Source: a virus (lineage: Duplodnaviria; Caudoviricetes). Taken from it: 26,859 nucleotides of DNA. Every line of letters begins with the position of its first letter. The first letter of the stretch is position 1. Position numbers and translations under genes: made by a program. This document shows positions 7,269-17,900 of this stretch, piece after piece. Location: IMG/VR virus record IMGVR_UViG_3300017713_000067, positions 1-26,859 of that record. One strand, given 5' to 3'. Below the pieces are notes generated by a model, which ran no database searches, was not told where the DNA came from, and was given only the letters and a program-made list of their open reading frames with translations.

Positions 7269-9671
7269 ATGGCTGAGTCAGTACATGCAAATTTTCCTTC
7301 ACAAGTAGTTAGCGACCTAGAAAAATCAACTAAGGAGTATGGTTTAAAGGTAGCAAAAGCTATACAGAATGAGTGGTTCCACGGAGCTCACTCAAATAAA
7401 TATCTTCATTCTCAAAACAAGTTTCACAATTTAAGACTTTATGCTAGAGGAGAACAATCAATACAAAAATATAAAGATGAGTTATCTATTAATGGTGACT
7501 TAAGCTACTTAAACTTAGACTGGACACCAGTACCTATTATATCTAAATTTGTAGATATAGTTGTGAATGGTATGGCTCAAAGAACTTTTGATTTGAAATG
7601 TTATTCTCAAGATCAATATGGTGTTAGCAAAAGAACTGAGTACATGGAGACTATCATGCGAGACATGAGAACTAAGCAGTTTAACGAGACAGCAAAGCAA
7701 CAGTTAAACATGGATCTTTATAAGTCTGATCCAGACAAACTACCAGAAACAGAAGAAGAACTAGCATTACACATGCAGTTAACATATAAACAGCAGGTTG
7801 AGTTAGCTAACGAGCAGGCTATAAATACATTGTTAGAAGGTAGTAGGCATGAGCTTATAAACAGAAGAGTTTTGCAAGACTTAACTGTATTAGGCATAGG
7901 GGCAACTAAAACGTCATTTAACTGGTCAGAAGGTGCTAAAGTAGAATATGTTGATCCCGCTAATTTAGTTTATTCTTACACTGAGTCACCTTATTTTGAA
8001 GACATATATTATGTTGGTGAGGTTAAGACTATACCTATAAACGAGTTAGTTAAAGAGTTTCCTCACTTAAACCACGATGATTTATTAAAAATAAACAAAA
8101 CAGCAAAAAGAGGTACTAACAGGTATGCTGCAACATCTACTAATGATATAAATAAAGTTCAAGTTCTTTACTTTAATTATAAAACGTACATGCACGATAC
8201 TTATAAGGTTAAGACTAACAACGCTGGTGGTCAAAAAGCTATAGCTAAAGAGGATACTTTTAAACCACCAAAAGACGCTACGGATTATTCTAGAATACAA
8301 CAGGTTATGGAGTGTTTATACGAAGGCGCTATGATACTTGGTACAAACAAGTTGATAAAATGGGAGAAAGCTAAAAACATGATGCGTGATAAGAGTGATT
8401 TTAACAAGGTTAGAACTAACTACTCTATAGTTGCGCCTAGAATGTATAATGGTAAGATAGAATCACTTGTAAGCAGAATAACAGGTTTTGCTGATATGAT
8501 ACAGCTTACTCACCTAAAAATACAACAGGTATTATCTAGAATGACTCCTGATGGTGTTTATTTAGATGTAGATGGTTTAGCTGAGATAGATCTTGGTAAC
8601 GGAACAAACTACAACCCGCAAGAAGCTTTAAATATGTTCTTTCAAACAGGTTCAATACTAGGTAGGTCAATGACTCAAGATGGTGATCAAAATCCTGGAG
8701 CTGTTCCTATAAAAGAAATTAATAACGGTCAAGGCGCTGGTAACAAACTACAGGCTCTTATAGGTAACTACAACTATTACTTACAGATGATAAGAGATGT
8801 AACCGGACTTAATGAGGCTGCTAGCGACACACCGGCTGTAGACTCTTTAGTTGGCATACAAAAGATGGCGGCCGCAAACTCAAACACCGCTACAAGGCAT
8901 ATACTTCAAGCAAATCTATTCTTAACAGCAGAAACTTGCGAAGCCTTGTCCCTTAGAATATCTGACATACTAGAATACTCTCCAACAAAGGACGCATTCA
9001 TACAGGCTATCGGCGCTCACAACATAGCGACTTTAGAAGAAATGAAAGAGTTGCATTTATATGATTTTGGTATATTTTTAGAGTTAAAACCTGATGACGA
9101 AGAAAAACAAGTTTTAGAAAACAATATACAGATGGCTTTGTCACAAAAACTAATAGATCTAGATGATGCTATAGATCTTAGAGAGGTTAGAAACTTAAAG
9201 CAAGCTAATCAACTCTTAAAGCTAAAGAGAAAGAAGAAAGCTGAAAGAGACCAGAAAATGCAACAACAGAACATAGAAGCTCAAGGTAAGTCTCAACAAG
9301 AAACTCAACAAGCTGCTGCTCAAGCTGAAATAGGAAAACAACAAGAGATGAACAAGTCAGCTATGGAGTTAGAGAAAACAAAAAACCACTTAAAAATAGA
9401 GTACATGAAACAAGAGGCTATGTTAAAAAGAGAGCTAATGGATCATGAGTTCGAAATAAACATGAAGCTTAGACAAGCTGACAACCAATCAGCAATGAGT
9501 AAAGAAAAAGAAAAGGACAATAGAAAAGATCAAAGAACAAAAATACAAGCTTCTCAACAGAGTCAACTTATTGATCAAAGAAAAGGTGAAAAAGAACCTA
9601 AAAACTTTGAGTCAGCAGGTAATGATAGTATGGGTGGAGGAGTTGAGATGGGAGGATTAACAAATAACTAA
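7269..9671 (+). CDS. portal protein
   Basis: 800 aa between TerL and the scaffold/MCP; PIISKFVDIVVNG, EYVDPANLVY and IRDVTGLNEA segments; long Gln-rich C-terminal coiled coil like a podoviral portal barrel. Confidence 0.85.
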   Translation: MAESVHANFPSQVVSDLEKSTKEYGLKVAKAIQNEWFHGAHSNKYLHSQNKFHNLRLYARGEQSIQKYKDELSINGDLSYLNLDWTPVPIISKFVDIVVNGMAQRTFDLKCYSQDQYGVSKRTEYMETIMRDMRTKQFNETAKQQLNMDLYKSDPDKLPETEEELALHMQLTYKQQVELANEQAINTLLEGSRHELINRRVLQDLTVLGIGATKTSFNWSEGAKVEYVDPANLVYSYTESPYFEDIYYVGEVKTIPINELVKEFPHLNHDDLLKINKTAKRGTNRYAATSTNDINKVQVLYFNYKTYMHDTYKVKTNNAGGQKAIAKEDTFKPPKDATDYSRIQQVMECLYEGAMILGTNKLIKWEKAKNMMRDKSDFNKVRTNYSIVAPRMYNGKIESLVSRITGFADMIQLTHLKIQQVLSRMTPDGVYLDVDGLAEIDLGNGTNYNPQEALNMFFQTGSILGRSMTQDGDQNPGAVPIKEINNGQGAGNKLQALIGNYNYYLQMIRDVTGLNEAASDTPAVDSLVGIQKMAAANSNTATRHILQANLFLTAETCEALSLRISDILEYSPTKDAFIQAIGAHNIATLEEMKELHLYDFGIFLELKPDDEEKQVLENNIQMALSQKLIDLDDAIDLREVRNLKQANQLLKLKRKKKAERDQKMQQQNIEAQGKSQQETQQAAAQAEIGKQQEMNKSAMELEKTKNHLKIEYMKQEAMLKRELMDHEFEINMKLRQADNQSAMSKEKEKDNRKDQRTKIQASQQSQLIDQRKGEKEPKNFESAGNDSMGGGVEMGGLTNN

Positions 9672-9686
9672 TTTATATTTTATATT

Positions 9687-10814
9687 ATGGAAGAAAACAA
9701 AGACAACGTAGTTGAGGAAACTACACAAGAAAAACAAACAGAAGAGACTCCTAAGATTGATGAGTCTAAGTTTGATAGCGCTGGAGATGACAGTGTTATT
9801 AAAATTGATTTAAGTCAACCACCACCTTCTAGTAAAGAAGAGGTTGTTGAAGAAGAAGTCATTGAAGAAACAGCAGAAGTTGATTCTGTTTTAGAAGAGA
9901 TATCAGAAGATTCTACCGAAGAAGAAGTTGCTGAAGTAGAAGAGCAGATTGAGGAGGTTGTAGCTGAAGCAGAAGCAACGGGTAAACCTTTACCGGAGAA
10001 TATAGAAAAACTAGTAAACTTCATGGAGGAAACTGGTGGTGATTTAACAGACTACGTTAAGTTAAACGAAGACATCAATGAGATGGACGACTCGGAAGTT
10101 TTACACAATTATTATAAAGAAACAAAACCTCACTTGGAAGATGAGGAGATTAATTTTTTGTTAGAAGACAACTTCTCTTTCGATGAAGAGTCTGATGATG
10201 ACAAAGATATTAGAAAGAAAAAAATAGCGTTAAAAGAGCAAGTTGCCAACGCTAAAGCTCACTTGGAAGAGCGTAAATCCAAATACTATGAGGAAATCAA
10301 GGCTGGAAGCAAACTTACGGGCGAGCAACAGAAAGCAATTGATTTTTTCAACCGTTACGAAAAAGAGTCTGAACAAGCGATGGAAGTTCAACAAAGTCAA
10401 GTAGATACTTTTTTAAATAAGACTAATAATCTTTTTAACGACAAATTCAAAGGTTTTGAATATAACGTCGGTGAAAAAAAGTATAGGTTTAATGTTAACA
10501 ATAGAAACGAAGTAAAAGACAACCAAAGTGACATCAACAATTTTGTCAAAAAGTTTTTGAACAAAGATGGTATGATGGATAACGCGGAAGGTTATCATAA
10601 GTCTCTATTTACAGCTATGAACCCTGATGTTATTGCAAACCACTTCTATGAGCAAGGTAGAGCTGATGCTATCAAAGATGGTGTATCAAAAGCCAAGAAC
10701 ATAGACACTAGTGCTAGAGGATCTCACAACGAGATTGAAGTTGGTGGTATGAAATATAGAATTTTAGGCGATGACTCAAACTCTTTAAAAGTAAAAATGA
10801 GAAGTAAAAAATAA
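9687..10814 (+). CDS. capsid scaffolding protein (putative)
   Basis: Very acidic, low-complexity N-terminus and helical core; position between portal and MCP. Confidence 0.7.
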   Translation: MEENKDNVVEETTQEKQTEETPKIDESKFDSAGDDSVIKIDLSQPPPSSKEEVVEEEVIEETAEVDSVLEEISEDSTEEEVAEVEEQIEEVVAEAEATGKPLPENIEKLVNFMEETGGDLTDYVKLNEDINEMDDSEVLHNYYKETKPHLEDEEINFLLEDNFSFDEESDDDKDIRKKKIALKEQVANAKAHLEERKSKYYEEIKAGSKLTGEQQKAIDFFNRYEKESEQAMEVQQSQVDTFLNKTNNLFNDKFKGFEYNVGEKKYRFNVNNRNEVKDNQSDINNFVKKFLNKDGMMDNAEGYHKSLFTAMNPDVIANHFYEQGRADAIKDGVSKAKNIDTSARGSHNEIEVGGMKYRILGDDSNSLKVKMRSKK

Positions 10815-10841
10815 ATTATTAACCCATTAAAATATTAAAAA

Positions 10842-12287
10842 ATGGCAATTACAGGCGTACCGGCTACTGGATATACTCCAGCGCCAATCAAACACGCTGT
10901 TACCCAAAACTATATTGACTTCGCTACATTAGGCGCGTCAGATGGTTGGGCACAGCAATACTTACCAGATCTTATGGAAAAAGAAGCTGAGGTTTTTGGA
11001 AACAGAACTATCTCAGGATTTCTTTCTCAAGTAGGAGCTGAAGAATCTATGACTGCTGACCAAGTTGTTTGGTCTGAGCAAGGTAGATTACACTTAGCAT
11101 ACACAGCAACAAGATCTGCTGATGTTGTTACAATTGTTAACGATGTTGACGGAAACGCTGTTGGTGTAAACCACGCAGTACGTGCAGGTGACATGGTTTT
11201 ACTTTCTGACAATAACACTACGGTTAGAGCTTACGTTATCAACGTAGACCCAACTGCTGGTAACTATGCTGAAATTACAGTTAAACCTTATGCTACTATG
11301 GCTGGTGGTGCTGCTGCAAACATGAATGCTACTACATTAGGAACTGCTGGAATAACTTGTTTAGTTTATGGTTCTGAATATGTGAAAGGTTCTGTTGGTA
11401 GAGGCTTATCTAACGAGCCACAATTCAAATCTAGAACTAACAAACCAATCATCTTGAAAGATCAGTACAGCGTGTCTGGATCTGATGCTTCTGCGATCGG
11501 TTGGGTTGAGGTTTCTGGTGAAGATGGTCAAAATGGATACCTATGGTACTTAAAAGCTTCTGGAGATACTAGAGCTCGTTTTTCTGATTACTTAGAAATG
11601 GCGATGTTAGAGTCTCAAAAAGCTGCACAAACTATCACTGCTGCTCAGGTTGGAGCTACTGGTACTATATCTGGTACTGAAGGTTTATTCTCTGCTTTAA
11701 CTACTAGAGGTAATCAAACTTCAGGTATTACTGGTGTTCCGTTAACTGATTTAGCTGAGTTTGACTTAATGTTAGCTGAGCTTGACAAAAACGGTGCAAT
11801 TGAAGAGAACATGATGTTCTTAGATAGAACTACTGCTTTAGCTGTTGATGATATGTTAGCTGCTATGAATTCTTATGGTGCTGGTGGTACTTCTTTTGGA
11901 GTATTCAACAACTCTGAAGACATGGCTTTAAACTTAGGTTTCTCTGGTTTCAGAAGAGGTTCTTATGACTTCTACAAGTCTGACTTTAAATACCTTAACG
12001 ACAAAGGTACAAGAGGTGGTTTAAACGATGCTATCAACAACGTTAGAGGTGTAATGATTCCTGCTGGTGTATCTTCTGTATACGATGAGCAATTAGGTAA
12101 AAACCTAAAACGTCCATTCTTACACGTGAGATACAGAGCTTCTCAAACAGATGACAGAAAGCTAAAAACTTGGACTACTGGTTCGGTTGGCGCTACTACT
12201 TCTGATTTAGATGCGATGGAAATGCACTTCTTATCTGAAAGATGTTTAGTTGTACAAGGAGCGAATAACTTCTTTATGTTAAACTAA
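10842..12287 (+). CDS. major capsid protein
   Basis: 481 aa after the scaffold; visibly biased codon usage (GCT/GGT/ACT/TCT); followed by a strong terminator; WSEQGRLH and GTEGLF segments consistent with an HK97-fold MCP with an insertion domain. Confidence 0.85.
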   Translation: MAITGVPATGYTPAPIKHAVTQNYIDFATLGASDGWAQQYLPDLMEKEAEVFGNRTISGFLSQVGAEESMTADQVVWSEQGRLHLAYTATRSADVVTIVNDVDGNAVGVNHAVRAGDMVLLSDNNTTVRAYVINVDPTAGNYAEITVKPYATMAGGAAANMNATTLGTAGITCLVYGSEYVKGSVGRGLSNEPQFKSRTNKPIILKDQYSVSGSDASAIGWVEVSGEDGQNGYLWYLKASGDTRARFSDYLEMAMLESQKAAQTITAAQVGATGTISGTEGLFSALTTRGNQTSGITGVPLTDLAEFDLMLAELDKNGAIEENMMFLDRTTALAVDDMLAAMNSYGAGGTSFGVFNNSEDMALNLGFSGFRRGSYDFYKSDFKYLNDKGTRGGLNDAINNVRGVMIPAGVSSVYDEQLGKNLKRPFLHVRYRASQTDDRKLKTWTTGSVGATTSDLDAMEMHFLSERCLVVQGANNFFMLN

Positions 12288-12300
12288 TAGTTAGTTTTTA

Positions 12301-12338
12301 AAAGAACCGGGGCTTCGGCCTCGGTCCTTTTTATTTTA
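12301..12338 (+). terminator. rho-independent terminator after MCP
   Basis: Stem ACCGGGGC / GCCTCGGT (one G-U pair) with C(UUCG)G tetraloop at 12313-12318, followed by a T-rich tract. Confidence 0.88.
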
Positions 12339-12361
12339 TTAATTTTATTATATATTATATT

Positions 12362-13216
12362 ATGGCAAAAAAACAAGAAACAAAAAAAGAAAAGGTTGAA
12401 TCGGTAAAAGTTGAAACTGAAACTGTTACTGTAGAAAAACCAAAACCAGTTGTAGAAAAACCTGCACCTGTTATTAAAAAACAAATAAAACCTGAATGGG
12501 AAGTAAAAGATCGTATATACGAGTTGAAAGGAGCTAGACCGTTAATGAAGGCTATTAAAACTCACAGTATATATTACTTTGACGAGAAAAAAGGTTTTGA
12601 AAGAGAATTGAAACACACTACAAATCAAAAAACTTGTTTTGTTGATGAGTTTCCAGAAGGATCTAGACAAGTGTTAGAGCACATTATATTTAGAAATGGT
12701 GTGTTAGCTGTGCCTAGAAACAAAGTAACGCTACAAAAGTTACTATCACTTTACCACCCAGATAGAGATAGATTGTGGTTTGAAGTAAATAAAGTTGAAG
12801 CAGCTAGAGAAGAAATACTAGATTTAGACCTGCAGTTAGATGCGATGAATATAGCTAGAGACATGGAGATTGATGACGCTGAAGCTATACTTAGAGCTGA
12901 GAAAGGTTCTATGGTGTCTAAGTTGAGTTCTAAGGAGCTTAAAAGAGATTTGCTTATATTTGCTAGAGAAAACGCACGTCTGTTTATAGAGTTAGCCTCT
13001 GACGACAACGTTTACTTGAGAAATATTGGTGTTAAAGCTGTTGAGGGAGGTATACTAAGATTATCTCCAGACAATAGAGCTTTTTACTGGGGTTCTAATG
13101 ATAGAAAACTATTTGTAGTTCCTTTTGATGAGCATCCTTACTCAGCGTTAGCCGCTTGGTTTAAAACTGACGAAGGCATGGAAGTATTCAAAAGTATTGA
13201 AAAAAGGTTAAATTAA
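12362..13216 (+). CDS. phage hypothetical protein downstream of MCP
   Basis: 284 aa; K/E/V/P-rich flexible N-terminus followed by a globular/helical region. Confidence 0.7.
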   Translation: MAKKQETKKEKVESVKVETETVTVEKPKPVVEKPAPVIKKQIKPEWEVKDRIYELKGARPLMKAIKTHSIYYFDEKKGFERELKHTTNQKTCFVDEFPEGSRQVLEHIIFRNGVLAVPRNKVTLQKLLSLYHPDRDRLWFEVNKVEAAREEILDLDLQLDAMNIARDMEIDDAEAILRAEKGSMVSKLSSKELKRDLLIFARENARLFIELASDDNVYLRNIGVKAVEGGILRLSPDNRAFYWGSNDRKLFVVPFDEHPYSALAAWFKTDEGMEVFKSIEKRLN

Positions 13217-13221
13217 TTACC

Positions 13222-13266
13222 TTTCATATTCCCCGGTGATTTTAAAGTCACTGGGGTTTTATGAAA
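13222..13266 (+). terminator. hairpin / probable terminator
   Basis: CCCCGGTGATT pairs with AGTCACTGGGG (two G-U pairs), followed by TTTT; outer arms TTTCATA/TATGAAA are also complementary. Confidence 0.65.
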
Positions 13267-13283
13267 TAAACTAAAAAAACATC

Positions 13284-13991
13284 ATGGCAATAAGTGTAGA
13301 TACAGTATATCAAAGAGTGTTAGCGTTAGCTAATAAAGAACAGAGAGGTTATATAACCCCTCAAGAGTTTAACTTACTAGCTAATCAAGCTGAACTTGAA
13401 ATATTTGAAATGTACTTTTATGACATGAACATAAGAGAAAGAGTAGATGTAGAGAGAGACCCGCATACTACTGAATCTGATATATCCCAATTGATAGGTT
13501 TAAAACTAAAGCCTTTCACTACTGTAGCTACCGTTACTGGTGGTGACACATTCCCCGCTGCATACATGATAGGTAGAATATTTTTCAACAATAGGCTTTG
13601 TAAAAAAGCAGATAGAAACGAAATAAGAAATATACTTGATTCAGTAAGACATAATGTTATATTAAAAAGAGATCCAATGTACTGTGAGTCTCTTACGAAC
13701 GGTGATGACATAGAGGTATACGGCGCAACAAACGGTGCCAAAGCAACAACAGGTGTTACTTGTGAAGTTATAACATCGCCTACTGGCAACGTAGCTTGGG
13801 GTTATGTTGTGGTAAATGAAAAAGCTCTTTACAACGCGAACACTTCTGTTAACTTTAACCTACATGACTCTGAAGAAACAAATTTAGTTATGAAAATTGC
13901 TGAGATGGCTGGTATAGTTATAAACAAAGCTGGTTTTGCTAGTACGTTTGCTAGTAGAGATCAAAACGAATTACAAATTAAAAAACAATAA
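13284..13991 (+). CDS. head-tail adaptor / tail ring protein (putative)
   Basis: N-terminal VYQRVLALANKEQRGYITPQEFNLLANQA helices typical of ring/adaptor proteins; synteny. Confidence 0.6.
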   Translation: MAISVDTVYQRVLALANKEQRGYITPQEFNLLANQAELEIFEMYFYDMNIRERVDVERDPHTTESDISQLIGLKLKPFTTVATVTGGDTFPAAYMIGRIFFNNRLCKKADRNEIRNILDSVRHNVILKRDPMYCESLTNGDDIEVYGATNGAKATTGVTCEVITSPTGNVAWGYVVVNEKALYNANTSVNFNLHDSEETNLVMKIAEMAGIVINKAGFASTFASRDQNELQIKKQ

Positions 13992-13994
13992 AAC

Positions 13995-14900
13995 ATGGGA
14001 TTAGGATTACCAGGAGCTAATGATAGCGCTTACTATGTTGCTAATGGAGCGCATGGAGAATACCAGTATTTAACACTAGAAGATATAGTTGAAGCTTTTG
14101 TTGCGACGTATATAGGTAAAGACAAGATATGTGAAGGTGTCAATGTGTCTGACGTGCACTTCCACGCTACAAGAGCTTTGCAAGAATTAAGCTACGATAC
14201 CTTAAGATCTATAAAATCTCAAGAGTTAGAAATACCACCCTCACTACAAATGTTACTACCAAGAGACTTTGTTAACTATGTTAAATTTACTTGGAGTGAT
14301 TCTGGAGGAGTTGAACATGTTATATATCCTACTTCTAAAACTTCAAACCCAACAGATATTGGCTATACCGCTTCTACCGACACTTATGCTTTTACAGGTA
14401 GCGTTTTAAACTCAGACGAAGTGTCTGATACTGTTACAAACTTTAAGTCAGCTACACCTGTCGACAATCAAAACAACTCAGATGATGATGATTACGATTT
14501 ATTAAATGGTCAAAGGTTTGGTTTAGACCCACAGCAAGCTCAGGTTAATGGTTCGTTTTTTATTGACTACGCTACAGGAAAAGTTCACTTTTCATCTAAT
14601 ATTGCTGGAAAAACTGTGATTATAAAATACATAAGCGATGGGCTTAGTACTGGATCTAAAACTGATGGTGACATGACGGACGGGGCTGCTGTTGTTCATA
14701 AGTTTGCAGAAGAGGCTATGTACAAACATATACTTTATGCTTGCTTGTTAGCTAGAAAAGACAGCTCACCACCAACATTACAGTTGATAAAAAAAGAAAG
14801 GTTTGCAGCTATTAGAAATGCAAAAATAAGATTATCAAACATTAAAATTGAAGAGATTACACAGGTACTTAGAGGTAAATCTAAAATTATAAAACACTAG
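13995..14900 (+). CDS. tail ring / tubular structural protein (putative)
   Basis: RALQELSYD...LLPRDFVNYVK...IKYISDG...AEEAMYKHI adaptor-like pattern; synteny. Confidence 0.6.
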   Translation: MGLGLPGANDSAYYVANGAHGEYQYLTLEDIVEAFVATYIGKDKICEGVNVSDVHFHATRALQELSYDTLRSIKSQELEIPPSLQMLLPRDFVNYVKFTWSDSGGVEHVIYPTSKTSNPTDIGYTASTDTYAFTGSVLNSDEVSDTVTNFKSATPVDNQNNSDDDDYDLLNGQRFGLDPQQAQVNGSFFIDYATGKVHFSSNIAGKTVIIKYISDGLSTGSKTDGDMTDGAAVVHKFAEEAMYKHILYACLLARKDSSPPTLQLIKKERFAAIRNAKIRLSNIKIEEITQVLRGKSKIIKH

Positions 14901-14903
14901 AAT

Positions 14904-17900
14904 ATGGCTGAAATCAAAAGAACATTTTCTCAGAAAGGATTTATGAATAAAGATTCTGACGAGAGAATTGTCCCGCCCGGGCAATACAGAGACGCGAATA
15001 ACATACAGGTTTCTACTTCTGACGGTTCTAATGTTGGTACAGCGCAATCACTACTTGGTAACATTGACGTGTCGGGGGATGTGGTTCCCGATAATTACAG
15101 TAAATGTGTTGGTGCTATTGCTAAACCAGAGTCTGATTTAATATACTATTTTGTTTTCTCAGGTGGAAACAATTATGGTAATGTTAATTTGACGCCTAAT
15201 ATAATGAAAGATTATATTATAGAATACAACACTAATAGTAAATCTAGTAAGTATGTTTTTGTTGACATACATAGCGTCGTTGGATCTGTTGTAGAAAACT
15301 CACCCGCACCTTACAATCACTTTATAATTGACGAATTATCTAACGCTAACATCAATGTTACTGGTGTTAGAATAGGTATGACTGTTTTTGGTACTTTCAC
15401 AAACTCTACCGGTGGTAATATAGCTCACCCTATAACTGGTGCTGCTGTAGCTAACGGCGCTACATACTCTATAAGTACTTTTGATGGGGTTACTGTTACT
15501 GACATAAAACAAGAAGGAGGAGCCCCAGCTGGTTGGGAAATATGGACTAGCTTAGGTAGTGGTCTTCCCGCTACAACAGGAGATTTAATTAGATTTGTAG
15601 CTCCTAAGGTTTTAAAGTTTGGTCCTAATAATTTTATACCAGCTATAAATGTGTTAGATGATATGTTGTTTTGGACAGATAACTTAAATGAGCCTAGAAA
15701 AATAAACATAACACGCTCTCTACATGGTACTGGGGGTATAGCATACCTTCACAATGGTGGTGTAGCTGGTTTTTCCGCTGGTGCACCAACAGACTCTACT
15801 ATGTCTAACATAGCAAATAACAATGATCATTTTCACACTAGGTTAGTAACCAAAGAAAATTTCCAATACAAGGTTTGTACTAACCCGGCTGGTAACAAAG
15901 CTAGATATATAGAAGAAGCTGATATCACTGTTATAAAGAGAAATCCAACAATGCCTTTAGAGTTGGAAATGTCAACTACTGAAATATCAAGAGAGAGCAG
16001 TGGTACTGCTAATCCTATATTTGCTAACTTATCGGGTGTTCCTTTTCACGATGGTACCGACCCATACACGGTTGGCCAAACGCTAACAGTTACCTTTGAC
16101 TCTGTAGTTGACTTTAGAGAAGGTGATGTTTTAATATTTGTGCAAAACGATCCCGACAACGATCCTTCAAATTTTCCAACAGAAGACGCTTTGGTAAGAG
16201 CACTTGTTACATCTGGTAATACTGGTGGGCCTGCCAACGGTGGTATAACCGGCCCATATACTATAGAGATGCAAGCCGTTGACCAAACTCTTGGTAACAC
16301 AGATATAAACTGGTATTGTAGATTAGAGCAAGCTAAACCTCTTTTTGAGTACAAGTTTCCTAGATTCTCTTACAGATGGAAGTACGTTGATGGTGAATAC
16401 TCTACTTTTGCACCTTGGTCAGAGATAGCTTTTTTACCTGGAGATTTTGATTACCTACCTAAAAAAGGTTTTAACCTTGGTATGACCAATAACGTTAGAT
16501 CGTTAAAACTTAAAAGATATTTTCAAGAGTTCAGCAATGTGCCTGGTGATGTAGTGGCTGTTGAGCTATTATATAAAGAAACAAATAAAGCAGTATGTTA
16601 CACGGTTAAAGAAATAAAAAAATCAGACGGAGCTCCCCTTTGGCCAGACATGGCTGCCAACTGGAATAATAGAGGTGAATATACTATATCTTCAGAGCTG
16701 ATACATGCCGCTGTTCCTGCTAACCAATTATTAAGACCTTGGGATAATGTCCCTAGAATCGCTAGAGCTCAAGAGATAACAGCTAATAGAGTTGTGTATG
16801 GTAACTACGTACAGAACTACGATATAGATGAAGCTATAGAGATTGATGTAGATTACGTTTCTACTGACATAGATAACTCTGGTAACGTTGATGGTATAGA
16901 AACACCAACACTATCCTGTAAGACTCTTAGAAACTATCAGGTTGGAGTTGTTTTTAGTGATTTTTACGGAAGAGAAACGCCAGTACAAGTACCTAAAAAA
17001 GGTGGTTCTGTAGCTATACCAAAAGGAGCTTGTATTACGTCAAACCAACTAAGGGCTCGCTTGATATCAGATCCACCTTCTTGGGCTGAAAAAATGAAGT
17101 GGTATATAAAAGAAACCTCTAACGAATATTACAACGTTGCTATGGATCGTTTTTACGATGCTGAAGATGGTAATGTTTGGATTAGTTTCCCTTCTGCTGA
17201 AAGAAATAAAATAGCAATAGATACATATTTAATACTTAAAAAACAACATGACAACCAAACAGCTGTTCTTGATAGAGCTAGATATAAATGTATAGCTGTT
17301 GAAAACGAGCCGCCTACATTTATAAAGAAGAATAGAAAATCTTATGGTATGGCTCAGGTTGATTTTACTACTGCTGGAAAACCTGAAATAGATAAAACCT
17401 TTATAATCGTTAGAAGGTCAGATTTTGAAGCAAACTTTAGTAACGCTGTTGATAAAGACGATTTAGAACTTAGAATTGGTGGTGTTGATGGTGGTACGGT
17501 TTTTACTAGTAACTTTTACGATGTAGCTGGTATAGCTCTAGGTGGTGGTACTTGGGCTAAAATAACCATAAAAGGTAAGTTTGAAAACGACGTTGCATTT
17601 GCCGCTGGCATGGACCCTAGCAATGAGATAAAATTAGAAATAGTTGAAAATCAAATAAAACATAAACCAGAGTTTGATGGAAGGTTTTTTGTTAAGATAT
17701 ATAAAGATTTAGTTTTAGAAAACGAACTCTTAACAGCTTTTAACGACACGTTGATTTATGCTGTTGTTGACACTATGCAGGTTGGTTATAGAAATGATCA
17801 CGGTGGCTCAAACGAATCCACATGGACATCATGGAGAAACAATCACACAGGAGATCAGTACTCTACAAACAATAGGTGGTACTATGATTGTGAAGGTTCT

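Noticed and set aside
9830-9980. GAA-rich quasi-repeats in the scaffold gene, and the TGTAGAAAAACC duplication near 12430-12462
   Set aside because: Explained by low-complexity coding sequence; not a CRISPR array or regular repeat.
5048-12287. Introns, inteins or homing endonucleases in TerL, portal or MCP
   Set aside because: ORFs are continuous, with no intein terminal motifs or LAGLIDADG/HNH signatures seen.
12270-12300. Readthrough or frameshift extension of MCP
   Set aside because: TAA is followed immediately by TAG and a strong terminator; no slippery site or extension ORF was seen.
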